49,156 nt of DNA from Perkinsus chesapeaki ATCC PRA-425 (Eukaryota; Protista; Perkinsozoa): assembly GCA_013115145.1 (NCBI GenBank), contig JAAPAO010000234.1, positions 1 to 49,156 of the forward strand. The letters run 5' to 3'. Both the position numbers and the translations under genes were made by a program. The notes under the pieces are model-generated. The model saw only the letters and a program-made list of their open reading frames with translations, did no database searches and had not been told where the DNA came from. Below, in pieces: positions 35,555 through 47,900 of the stretch. The first letter of the stretch is position 1. Each line of letters begins with the position of its first letter.

Positions 35555-36517
35555 ATGGTACAACCGCCGCCGTCTACCGACTTTGCCGATGTCCGTCGTC
35601 TCGTATCATCTGGAGCTCCTCCAGCTCTCATTGTGAGCGATCCAGCTTGGAAACGGATGCTTGAAGAGGTACTAATGGTCACCAGATCGGCCATGGCCTG
35701 GCCAGAGTGTTATTGGGCAGATTGACGCTGGGCTGGCACGGCGAAAGGAGACTATCGATCGAGTGGCTGCGGATCTGGGGGTTATGCTTGAAGACCACCA
35801 TAAGCAACGAGCATCGCAACCGCAGGGGTAATAGAGGTTCCCATTTAATGCTGATCTGTGGGCACTCAGACATAACGGTGGCTGGTGGCCTCAAGATCCT
35901 TCGATGGGATATCCTGGCCAACCGGGCCATCCACCCTACGGTCCTCCTGGGTATCATTACCCTCCTCGTGGCCCACCATGTAACATGGCTGCTGGTATCT
36001 GCCACCATTTCTATTTAGATGGCATGCCGTCTCCACCGGCGATGCCAGTGCCTCCCCCCTTCCCTACTCCTCCGCCGGGCTACAATCACCCATATGACCA
36101 TCAATCAGATGATCAAGAAACAGAACTGCAGCGACGAAAACGTCAAGTATACCGGCCTTCCGATTGGCCTCCATTAACGCTCTGTTAGGCCCTTCAAAGG
36201 ATGTCTTCGGCCACACCTGGTCAGCAGCACAGCACAGGAGCTGAGGCGGGATATGGTCCACCGCCCGATCCAAGCGACAAAGGTACTAAATGGGAGCTTT
36301 AGATCACTTGACCGCGTACTGTTCAGAAGCCTTCGAGGCCTATCGTAGAGCATGCTGGCTGAAGTACTACCAACACATGGCAGCTCTCCAGACACCCGGA
36401 CAGGGATCTGACCAGCCTGAGGATAGGCGTGCTGCTCCACCTAGTAGTAGCACTGTACCCATGCCACAGGAAGACGATGAGGATGACGATATTAATAAAG
36501 AGTTGTTGGGCCTGTAA
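35555..36517 (+). CDS. Hypothetical proline-rich protein, multi-exon
   Basis: ATG 35555 gives MVQPPPSTDFADVRRL. Later exons read GYPGQPGHPPYGPPGYHYPP, PPPFPTPPPGY and AYRRACWLKYYQH...EDDEDDDINKELLGL*. No family recognised. Confidence 0.6.
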
Positions 36518-36601
36518 GCAGCAGCCTTACCGCTGCCTCAGTGTACCATTCGGCACATTTTTCTACTTGTATGCTCCGCGTTGAAGTGTGAATTCGACAC
36601 C

Positions 36602-37087
36602 ATGGCCCGTGTTGCTCCGGCCATGGGACCCCTCTACTTAGCACTAGTGCCTATCGCCGCTCTAGGGTCCTTCCAGCGATACACTAACGAGTGTTGGAAT
36701 GACGAGTAGGCTGCCCACTGGTCAACAGATCTTGCTTATCTTCACCAGATTTGTGCCGGAGATTTGCTGTGAACCACATAAAGGTGGAAACCCACAGTGC
36801 TGGGATGATGCCGAGCACTTTACCTTCGACAAATGCTGTGGGAAATGCTGGAGCGATCCACGTACGAGTCTACGGTTCGAGCAGTAGTAATGCTCCGCAA
36901 TGCAGTCTACCGTCCGATGCGATGTTGTGAAGGCGGCATGTCCACCGAAGGTGATCCTCGTTGCTGGTTCAATGGGAGGACGTATTTCGATTGCTGCGCC
37001 CCTGATACCCCTGGCTTGGCCGCCATACGGAAGAGAGAAGCTGGTGAGGCAGTAGATCTGAAGGCGATGTTGCAGTGTTGGTCCTAG
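36602..37087 (+). CDS. Small secreted Cys-rich protein with two CW...CC...G.P.CW...F..CC modules
   Basis: MARVAPAMGPLYLALVPIAALG (signal-like), then CWNDE|FVPEICCEPHKGGNPQCWDDAEHFTFDKCC and CWSDP|LYRPMRCCEGGMSTEGDPRCWFNGRTYFDCC after removing two short GT-AG introns. The 3' end may extend via one more intron. Confidence 0.7.
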
Positions 37088-37279
37088 GCACTGGTGGATG
37101 GCATTGGGACGGCGATTTTGCATGGTCTGGTGATCTGAGCTTCTCACAGAGCCAGGTGTCAGCTAGACATCCTGAGCTCTAAGAGGCAGACTGTTGCGTT
37201 ATACTGTTAACCAAACTCCAACAAACTCAAAGAGAAACTCTCCAACACGCTTGAAAAACGTACTACTGAGCCACCATCA

Positions 37280-38181
37280 TCACTCAATAGGCTTCAACAG
37301 AGCTGTCTGGAGCTGATCAAGCCTTGACGAGACGGAATAGTCATATACACGATCCCTCACTTTAACGATTAACCCACCAAGCATCCCAGGAGACACCTAA
37401 ACCACTAGTAGCACCGACGGCGCTGAGCCCTATAGTACCTCATAGTCCAATTTCAGCTTATGTTCTGGACCAAGACGTTTGGCCAGGGCTTCCTCTACCT
37501 GAGAGACTATTATTAGGAATGTCAAATTGCCTACGAGTAGTACCCTTTTTTTATCAGCAGCTTCGAGCTGAGTGGCAGTGACGACACGGCAGAGGGTGAG
37601 GCCTTGCTCAAAACGGACAACCTCCTCGAACTTCTCGATGAACTTGGGCAGATGGTCCAAACGATCGTTCTCACACAGGATCTCTGAAGATTTCGTGACG
37701 GAAAGTTGGTATGAACTAGTACTTAGGAAGCTGGTGGTAATCTCATCGGTCTTGGACTTCTTGCAGATGTCCTCAATACAGGCCTCACGTACGTTCCTCT
37801 GAAGACCTGTCAGCAGGGATGCCGGTTAGTGTGGGGCGCGCGATCCTACCGGGCACAGTGCAGAACATTGCGAAAACCTTCTCGGTCTGCAGCATATCAC
37901 GGAGCATCATCATGTCCTGATAGACCGTATCCAGCTTTCCTTTGGGGTTGGCAACAGCGAACAGCGAGGCAGCGTATCTGTGGTCCAAATGGGGCCAGAA
38001 GTGGCCCGACTGTAAAGTACCTTCCTTCCAATGTAGTGTCTTCCAGCTTGGGGACGGAGGAGCCCCCAGTAGCAGCTGATGGCTTGGCTGACTTACCAGC
38101 GGCAGCAGCGAAGAGGCGAACGCTGGAGTGGGAGAGCATTGGCACTCGAGCGATCGTAGTACGAGCCAGACTAGGCAGCAT
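37280..38181 (-). CDS. ATP5PO: Mitochondrial ATP synthase OSCP (F1 delta family) subunit, 6 exons
   Basis: Arg/Ser-rich presequence MLPSLARTTIARVPMLSHSSVRLF, then EGRYAASLFAVA, ENDRLDHLPKFIEKF, VVTATQL and MLGGLIVKVRDRVYDYSVSSRLDQL...E*. Five 39-45-nt GT-AG introns restore the frame. Confidence 0.92.
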
Positions 38182-38661
38182 TGTTGTTCTCAGGCAATAG
38201 TACGAAAAATATGCTGCTGAAAAAAGATACCAGAAAAGCTAATAGGAAGCCCCGAGAGATAGGGATCGGCTGAAGGCTGCGATAGAGGTACTGAACCAGG
38301 ATGCGGTGATATAACGGTCTCTAGACTACAGCAAGTTGAAGATTCGCTGGATTTGACGGTTATAGACGTGTAAATAAGTCCTTTGGCGATAATTTACTCA
38401 CTCATAATCGTCTGCGCCGAACCTATCACGACCTTTTCTCCATGTTGCGTCACTCGATATAAGAACGTTCTTTAAGCACTTAGTAATCAAGTCTGATGCC
38501 TCTAATCCTTACAAATCATCACACCTTGGTCCTCGGATGCCTCCTGTCTCTATCGCAGCTCACGAGGCCATCCTCTGTCACCATGGCCAATGCCTCCACA
38601 CTGCACGGCCTAGCTTGGAGCTCTTCTATACCGACAGTTGCGTTTTATTTTGTTGTTTATA

Positions 38662-40379
38662 ATGGATCCAGCAACAAAAAGCTTTTTTGCGGCCCGTCGG
38701 AAAGAGGACCCGGAGAACGCAGTCTGCTGCGACTGTGGGGCAGCCAATCCCCAATGGGCCAGTGTGCCTTACGGCATTTACTTTTGCCTGGTCTGTTCTG
38801 GTAGCACACACCCCTCTATAGTCTCTACTACAGTACTGCGTCATCAGGCAAGCACCGGTCGCTAGGAGTGCACCTTAGTTTTGTCCGCTCCACGACCATG
38901 GACACTTGGAACGCCAAGCAGCTGAGGAAGATGGAGGTTGGTGGTAACAGCAAATTCAACCAGTTCTGCCGAGAGATGGTACTACTAGTGGAGAGACCAG
39001 CCTAGACAAGACGGTTTTTAGGGAATAGATAAAATGTCAATACCGGAGAAGTACAATACAAAGGCTGCTGAGTACTATAGGAACTACATCCAAGCCCTGG
39101 CCGATGGCAGCCCCATGCCGGAGAGGCCATCAGTAGCTGAAGGGAAGAAGCCTGCATGTAGCAAGCTGGTGTGGTATAGACAAATGTTATTGTTGCTCTT
39201 AGACCCTCCACCAGCAGGAACTAATAGTGGCAGTCATCGCAGTACCTCCTCACCGCCCAGATCTGCCAATATCCGGAGCAGTGGGGCGATGGTGTCTCAT
39301 AACCCATCAAACCAAAGCTCGATGACGGGCTTTGGCAGCGACTCTTATAGCAATGGAGCATCCCAGGATCATTATAGTGGATCACGGAATCAAGGTGGAA
39401 GCGGTGGGGCTGGAGATGAGAGGCATGTGATGGGGTAGGTTCACATGGAGGGGACTACTGGCATGATGCCCAGGAGGATGACGACCCGCTGGGTAATATG
39501 ATATCGGGGGCGGCATCATGGATGAGATCGGCGGTAAGCAAAGGGGGTACTGTGGAGGGTGAGGAGATGTCCTTTTCAGAGCCAGCAGATCCAGCAGGAG
39601 GGCTGGAAGGAGACAGCTCAAAGTTACGCGCAGTGGGCGGCACAGAAGAGCTCTGATGCATATAATACGGTTACTGATGAGGGTTTCAAGGATAAGGTAA
39701 TAAAACTGGTGAGGGTAGGGCGAGGTTGAAGTGCAGGTCCGGTCCAAGCTGGCATCGACATCTGACTGGTTCTCCCAGCAAATGGGCACCAATGGCAGCT
39801 CCGCTAGGGGAGAGCAGGCAGCGGAGTACCTTGGCACGTTATCAACGGGCACTATGGAGGTAGCAGTGGAGGATGCATCTGTATTGCCTTTACCTGCTTC
39901 GTAGGGATTTGGTTCGGACTCGGTTCGTCCGCCACCAGCAGCGTCAGCCGGGAGCAGCGTCCCGCGTGGTAGTGCTAGAGGGGAGGCTGCTGCAGAGTAT
40001 CTGAGCACCTTGTCTAGTGGAAAGATGCAGGTAGGAGGGCGACGTCGGGCCAGAGAGGGAGCAAGAGCTGCCTCAGGGATTTGGCTCCGACTCCATGCCC
40101 CCACCGCAGCAGCAGCAATCTCCTGCCTACCACGACTCTCATAATCGGTCACTTTCTTCACCACCGAGACCGAGCCGATCGCCCCTTATTGATTTGAGCC
40201 CACCGAAGGGCACTGAGCGTCCAGCGGCGCAACAGAGTAGTGGCAAGGCCCCGCAGGTTGGAGGGCTGCAGCCTCAGAAGAAGACAGGTAGGTGATGGAA
40301 GCCATCGTAGGACAGCAGGTAGTATGGCTTAGGTACATTGAGCGATCCTGAGGCTTTCTGGAACGAGGACAACTGGTGA
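38662..40379 (+). CDS. ADP-ribosylation factor GTPase-activating protein (ArfGAP1-like), multi-exon
   Basis: Zinc finger [26 protein letters not shown]|.[19 protein letters not shown]...MEVGGN (CxxC-x16-CxxC-x4-R). Probable end AFWNEDNW*. Confidence 0.9.
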
Positions 40380-40862
40380 AGGCTGAGCCACTGTTTACAT
40401 TTCATCCATTTGAGGAGGCACTTGCCCCCCGCTGCCGCTACCGCCTCGGCTGTATAGTTTTCTCACTACACACAGCAGTTACAATCGGGAATCCGATTGT
40501 AGCTGTGCACCTGTATACCATTAGGAAGCCTTTAAACAAGTGTTGGTTGCTGCTGCCGAATGGTGGCTTTGCTGCATTGCTTCCTTATTAGCCATTGGCG
40601 GTAGCGTAGATAAGGGCTACTACCTCTATTGTAAGTAAATCATCTTCACTGTTATCACGCTACTGTGTTGGTGTTAAGTCCTGTCACTTTATGGAGGGTG
40701 GGCCGCCCAGCCAGGGCTGAGCCAACTGCGTCCATTGATAAGCACTAACTTCATCGGCCCTGCGGACTTGTTCGAGAGGGCGTAGTATTCCCGAGGAGAG
40801 CTAGATGAAAGCTAGGCTAAAGGCGTATCCTTCAAGATGATCCCATTGTAGTTAACAATAAC

Positions 40863-43800
40863 ATGACTGTTGTCTCTGACGATGTTCCTCCTCCCTCATC
40901 ACCATCTGGCTCCCCGACACAGGAGGCCTCCCAAGCGTTATCAATGATAGCCTATGCCGGAATGAACTCTGGCTTGAAGAGGGAGAAGTTCCTGCCTAGA
41001 GAGGTCCGCGGCGGCGCTGTGAGGCTGCCACTGCCATACCACCACCTATCAGGTCCAAAAGTGGCTCCAGAGCTTAGACCTCACCTACGCCGTGAAGAAC
41101 CCTCATCGGTGGGCATTCGCCGGGTTTTCGGGTTTTCAGTGCGGCTGCTACATAGGGACTTTGCCAACGGCTTCCTGGTGGCGGAGGTGTTCTCCCGATA
41201 TTTCCCCGGCCAAGTGACGATGCATAGTTTCGATCCTGGCCTCTCGCTGGCAACCAAACAGAACAACTGGGAGAGTCTGTAAGGCTGCATGTCACGGCCG
41301 GTGGTCCCTGTAAAGGCTTCTATGGAAGGTTCAAGTTCTTTAATAAGTATCATGTGGACATCACGGTGGAGGACTTCGAGCCCGTTATACACAATCGTCC
41401 GGGTGCGGGTGTGACTCTTATCACCAAAGTGAGAATTAAGACTGCTGCTGCTGCTGCTGCACTGTAAACATCACTCGTGTACTATGGTATACTAGTAGTT
41501 GGAGGAAAACCCGAAACCCGGAACCCAAATAGTTATATACGAATAATAGAGATGTTAGTAGGCTCGAGGGAATAACTGTATTAGGTTTATAGTATATTGA
41601 CCAAGAGGAAGCCAGGGGCTGTTGTTGTTGGGAGTGGGGGTGGTGGAGATAGGCGAAGTAGGTGAGGGCAGGTTGAAGGGGTAGGAAGGGGCGATGGCAG
41701 ATGCTCCCATTGTTGATGGTGGACAGGAGGAAGGTACACCCAGCTACGCTAGGACTACGGCATCGGTGGTATTGAGAGATGATGAGATTGATAGGACAGT
41801 TGATGATAATCAGAGGACTGTTAAGGTAGAGGCATTTTTGATAGGAGAGGGCGACACGCTGGTGTGGTAGGCGTTGATAGCACTGGATGCACACAATCAG
41901 GACCAGCTCGGCAATAAGGGAGGGGCTGCTGGGATCAATGACTCCCAGTATCGCCTCTACCCTCAAGGTGGCTGCACAGTTCCGCAACCGTGAGGTGTTC
42001 ATTGGCCCTCAGGTCGTCTGGCTGCGTCAAGGCTGGGTATGAGCCTTGGTAGCGGCAGAGGGGAGTCCAGGACAATACGGCAGGAAGATGACCAGGCCAC
42101 ACTGCAGGTTACCTGGGGTAACTCTCGCCCTGGTAATGTGATCAGGTCAAGCACATTGAAGTGAAGTCTTTGGAGAGGCCACCAGCGGCGGCTCATGTGG
42201 TGGGCTTCGGAGAGGAGGGTGGCGGTGGCGTTGTAGGTTTGTGGAGGAGGAATGGTACCTAGTGGTTGTTGTAGGATGGAAGGTCAAGCTCGTTCCTGCA
42301 GGCTAGGAGGAGGATAGGGCTAGAGTCAATGGCATCAACCAGCAGGAGTGGGGGTACCCGAAGACGGGGGGGCCTTGGTGATGTAGTGGCAGGCGGCGGT
42401 GGAAGGTCTGTGCTGGATGCTATACAGAGTATTGTTACCCCAGTAGTAGAAGGCCATCTTAAAGGGGGACCAGCATTGGTGAGGTCATTGGATCCTCGGA
42501 GGGATATGGCAGTGAGGAGGCGTAGACGGCTGCCTTTAAGCCTTCACTCGACCGGCAGGTGTGCCTGTTCGAGAAGGCCTCCTCCAAGGCTGGCGATGGG
42601 GCTGTTGATGATGTTGTGGTAGATGCCCTGGCCGCCATACAGAAGGAGGCCGACAGTATCGCAATGTTACTAATTGAAAGGTAGCTGCTGCTGCTGATGT
42701 CCCTTCAGACTAGGCTAGGCCTAATTGCTGTCTGTGGCAGTCCAGTGGAGCTATGGAGGTTCTGGAAGGTCTTTGAGCCAGTCTTTCATTCGATGGATGA
42801 TGACTCTTCTTTGCTATCAAGTTTTGGGGAGGCTTGCCGAGCTGTCGGCGCTGCCATGGCCCGGATAGATGCTCCGTTGGCCATGAAAAGCGCTAAGGAA
42901 GTGACCAGCTCGCCCTCCTCCGTTGCCGAGCTGGCCGTGCCTCATCAGGTGCTCCTGCTACAGATTACTTCTATCATTTGCAGAACCGGAGGCCATGGCC
43001 ATCGTGCTGCCTGTCTGATGGCATTGCTCTTTCAAGTAATAGTCCCTATGATAGGAAGCGACTTTGTCGGCAGGGGTTTGTGCAGCCATCGGCTACTAGT
43101 GACCTGACTGAGATGCTCAGTGCTTTGCGGGATGAGATGGCCTATTGCTTCCTTGGTCAGCACATGGGGGCATTCCCTATGGAGCATTGATGATTCAGGC
43201 CGGTTGTCGGAGATCTTGCCGACCTTCCTAACCTGCCTTGATTGGGTAGTGGCTCACACATCTCTTGTGGATGACGAAGGTTTGGCCGACGTGTAGTACA
43301 TCAGTCGGAGCCATGGCAGGCTTTGGTGCTAGGTGTGTCTATTACGCTTTGGAAGGCGTCAGCAGTGCCTCCAGCATGGCCAGGGCGACTGGGCTTGGGA
43401 TATTGCTGAAGGTGAAGCTAGTGTGGGGAGTTGGTCCACTTGTCCTCATGCAGCTAGCAACACATCGAAGCTTGATGGACGTGATAAGGCAGGCTATAAT
43501 GGGTGGAGGGCCGCCAGTGAGCAGTGTAGTGCGGGGGATGGAGGGCGGTGGTCAGAGGATCTGGTGGGGGATACAGGTCAGTTGGCTGTAAAGTGGTGTA
43601 TGGATGCAGCCGGAACAGGTATCTGTTGTAGCACTATTGGTGACGTTCTTGGAGGGAGCAGGGGAGGGCTGTGATGAAGGTAGGATGTAAGGACATTGTG
43701 TGGATGAAGCTACTCAGATAGAGAGGCTTTGGAACTCTTGCTGAGGGCGCTCAACGCTGCCAAGTCCATGGTTGTCCGGAAGGTAGGAGTGCTGCAGAAG

Positions 43801-44736
43801 GCACTGGTAGGTAGGTCAGCTTATGGCGCAGGTGGCAGTAGCTGCGTTGGCTTGGTCTAAGGCCCTAGAAGCCTATGAGGAAGTACTTATGGAACCGTTC
43901 CTTATGGCCTTAGTGGGCCTTCCAGATAGCGTTCGAAAGTGAGCACCAGTGCTCGAGGCAGGCTAGGGCTCCTGTCAGCTTCATCCTACACCCCTCGGTT
44001 GAATGCAGCCGCCATCACAGTGCAATGCCGGACTCGGCCTCCTACTGTCTAAAGATATGGTGGACCGAACGAATGAAAGAGAATCCTGGTGAGGAATTTG
44101 TCGGGCACTGGCGAGGCATTCTGTATCAGATGGAGTGCGATGGCCAGCTAAGCCAAAGGTTACGGCAGCGAAGTTCCTGACTGTAGCGCTAAGGAGTGAA
44201 GGCTCATCAGTGGGCGGCGATAGCATGAGCTTCCCGCTCCTGGAGGTGACTGCTTGATCGGTGTTAAGGTGCTGAGGTACCATGGGTAGGTATTGGATAG
44301 TATCTCGGCTGAGGAGGGGGGCCAAGATGATGGTGAGGAGAGGGAAGTATGGCTTACCCTGTTCCGTGAACTAAGGTCATTATGGTGCTACTCCTCGTCC
44401 TTATCGATATCTGTTTCAGTGGCCCACTGTTCTCCTCGTTGCTATCACCATCCCTGCATGATCAAGCATCGTTGTGTATTGGTCGACTGCTGGTAAGAGG
44501 TGCACAGGAGTCGGTATCAGCAGGGGAGCTGGCGTCCCTGATAATGAGGAGACTTCTCGTACCGTAAGTCTTCTCCCATTGCCCTACAGCGGTGACGAAG
44601 GTTTAGGTACTATCAAGGTAAGGCTGATGAGCGAGTAGATGAGGAACGCTTGGTGGAGTTTATCCGTAACTTTGAACCGGAGCAGGCAGTCGTGCTGGCC
44701 ATGGACCAGTTCAGAGATAAACTCAACGACGTGTAG
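40863..44736 (+). CDS. SPATA4/SPEF1-like calponin-homology (CH_2/DUF1042) protein, probably with a long helical C-terminal region
   Basis: LPREV...LDLTYAVKNPHR|DFANGFLVAEVFSRYFPGQVTMHSFDPGLSLATKQNNWE...FEPVIHNRPGA matches the SPEF1/SPATA4 CH domain. Joining the downstream helical exons up to DQFRDKLNDV* at 44736 into the same gene is inferred and uncertain. Confidence 0.65.
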
Positions 44737-44954
44737 TTGGCAGCATTCCCGATCGGTCTCTTGCAGTTAGGTGGCAGATACACCAAGTCACCGTTCGAAA
44801 GTATCTATGGTTGAAGCGTGCTTCATGCTCATGTGGTGTAGCCCTGGCCTTGAGATATTGCGTTATACTGTGTCAATTTCGAACGGGTCCATATAGACTG
44901 CTGAGGGCCACTAGCACCAGCAGCAGTAGCAGCAGCTGTCTCTAGTCCCTATTA

Positions 44955-47900
44955 ATGCCCATCCGCACTCTTAACATGAGTGCTGGCCATGCCGATGCCG
45001 GTGGCCCATTGCCTCATGCCTCCCTAACAGTTGATAAGAGCCCCGTGGGCTTAGCGGAGTACTTGAAGTCAGTAGGGACAAGGTGGCCGGCCACTGCTGC
45101 TGATAGGCAGGATGACGGCTCATGTCATCTCACTGCATGGATGTTTACACCAGCTAGTGCAAAAACCGGCCAGACTCTTGTTAAAGATGTCCCATTAAGA
45201 TTATATGGAACTGGTCCAGAGGCACTGAGAGCAGCCACCGCAGCACAGTTCACCTGGACTTGGGACCCGAAGGCCTGCTACCTTGTGCTTTACACCTTCC
45301 CTACTTCCCCGACTCAATCTCCTGCTGCCACTGCCTTCGAGCCTAGGGTCTTTGCTAAGTGGGCCTTGGAGGCTATAGCTATATGCACTCCTCGAGGGTT
45401 GGCGTCCTGGGTAGGGTCATCTGATCCCAATATTGAGGAGGGTATCCAGCATGGCAGCGCGCAAGATGGGTTTGTGGTGTATGTTTGGAGCGGTAAAGAT
45501 GCTGATTTGACCGTAAAGGTCACTGCCTTGGCTCGGGGCTATGATTTGGGGAAGGCCCTACGATGTTCCCGTACAGTGGCACCATCGAGCAAGGGGTCCA
45601 CGGGGATGGAGAGACAGACGGTTCGAGTACAATCGCTCTTAGGGCCAGACGGTAGCGAGAAGGCAGATGATGTGCTGCCTGATAAGGAATGTCAACTGCT
45701 ACGTGTCATGCAGCATACTCTCGGGCGGAAGCCATTACCGGACCTCCCTCCAGCTGGCGGGATCCCTCAGCCAGCTGATGTGACCGTTACTGGCCGACCC
45801 CCTGTTGTACCGGCTTTGAAATTGGCGAAGATGCCTCTCTCTGGTGAGCAGCAGATATCAGCTGGGGGGTCATCGTCACAGCGCGGGACTCAAAGTGCGA
45901 GGGCTACTTCAAGCGGTAGACGGCGAATGGTCAGCGAGAGGGATTTGGACACGACCCTGGAGAACCCGCCAAAGTCAGCGAGATCATCGGAAGGCTCTTC
46001 AGCTCGCCTGCGCCAGCAGCAACAACGTATTCTGCCGATGCCGCGGTAGGCTGCTTCGACCTGTCTTGAGCAACCGTTCTTTCAGACCCAAGACCGAACT
46101 GGAATTGATCCAGTCCTTTGATGTCGGCCCAGATGCTGATAACTCACATCTCCCTGCTGAACTACAGAATGAGCTCCGTTTGCAGCGATACAGGTAGGGA
46201 AGCACTAGTGTGCATAAAAGAGGGTGTATGCAGGTCACAGTGCAGTGAGATCTTGCCTGGCGCACTGTATCTGGGCGGAGCGAAGGTGGCTTCCAATTTG
46301 GAAATATTAAAAGAGAAGGGAATAACTCACATAGTCAATACTGCTGCTGATGTTTGTAGCAATTCTTTCGCAGATAGAGGATTCAAGTAAGATAGAGGGA
46401 AGCTGTCGCGAGTAGAAAAGGTTCTACCGGGATTTGAACCCAGATCGCCAGATTCAGAGTCTGGAGTGCTAACCGTTACACCATAGAACCGGATAAATTT
46501 TGAATTTTGTGGAGCCAGCCTAGCAATTATACCAGGTACGCTACCTACTTCCTAAAAGATGCCAGAGATGAGCCGATGCTCCCGGCTGTGTTGTATCATG
46601 CAATACTATGGATCCATTCGGCAATCACCCAAGAAAAGGGCAAAGTCCTTGTGCACTGCTTTGAGGGGGTAAGCGTCACCCGTCGACACTTCGTCATGTA
46701 TCCTTTCAGGTGAGCAGATCCTCAACTGTAGTTGTTGCGTATCTCATGTGGTTGAGATGCTGGACATATAGCGTGGCATTTGACTGGGTTAAGAAGACAA
46801 GGTGTGTCTCGATTACAAAGCAGAAGTGTCGTCTATTCTGGTTCCTTAGGCCCATTTGCAACCCAAACACCGGTTTCACATGCGCTTTGATAGTACTCGG
46901 AAAGAAACTAGAAAGATCGAGAACACCGGCGTTATCATATAAGACCCCAGAGACAACAAAAAGCTACCCGACTTTATCGCGAATCACGGTGAGCAGAAAC
47001 CTGCCGGCTTCTCGGAGCGTGGTGAAGGTACACTCGTTGCGGTCACTACCACGCCCGACTTCGTTGATGGTGGCGCTGCCGGTCTCAGCGGGCTCTGGCT
47101 TGGGATCAGAAGCCCCGGTCATCCCCATTTCAATCGACCCTAGGTAAGCTGCTCTGTCTTCTCTTATACAGCGAACATCAGATTTGCCTATATCCTACAG
47201 TATAATACATTCGTGGTCATAATCCTATCAAAAGGAGTAGGAAGGAACGATTTAGTAGCGATGGCGATTGCGGATCATCTGCATCGAGTAAGGCAACGGT
47301 AGTCGTGTCGTGAGAGCGCCTTTGCATAGGTTCGAACGGTTGAATATGGTGGCACCATCGAGGAAGAGGCTGATCCTCTCGACATAGTGGAGGTCGCGAT
47401 AGACGGCGAGACCGATGAGCTGGGCGTCCAAGCCTTGAGAAGATTACTGTGGCCTGGTGAGCCGGGATGCGCATCTGTGATCTCACTAAACGGTGGGTTT
47501 GTTCAGACTCTGATGGCCCTTCGGTTGCATTGGATGCCCTGATTCGACGAAGAGAGAATCGAGCATGGGATGAGGAGTGGGCGCTTTCGGCTGGCCGTTT
47601 TTGAGCTTGGTTTGATCAGATATGCAGCCATTGCGAGGAGCCAAGGTTCTCTTGAGGACGCCTCAGCTGGCGGAATTGAGGAGCTGCAGTTTGCTCATGT
47701 TGCCAATTATGTCAGAAGCACTGCGAACTCGATGGGATGCCTCGATCAGATCATCATCGATTACTCTGGCCTATAGGTGCCTCCTGTTCGCTGCAAGCTC
47801 GGGTCCTTGGAGTCAACGAGCAACAACAGCGGGTCCATGACCAAACACGAGGCTTGGAAGGAGGACGGTGCCGATAACGTGGCAAATATTGTTACTGACG

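Noticed and set aside
39382-40164. 260-aa minus-strand ORF
   Set aside because: It is antisense to the low-complexity ArfGAP exons, starts at a non-ATG codon as far as I can read, and has no recognisable domain.
41436-42002. 188-aa minus-strand ORF
   Set aside because: No motif; it lies opposite a purine-rich plus-strand gene region and is most likely a compositional artefact.
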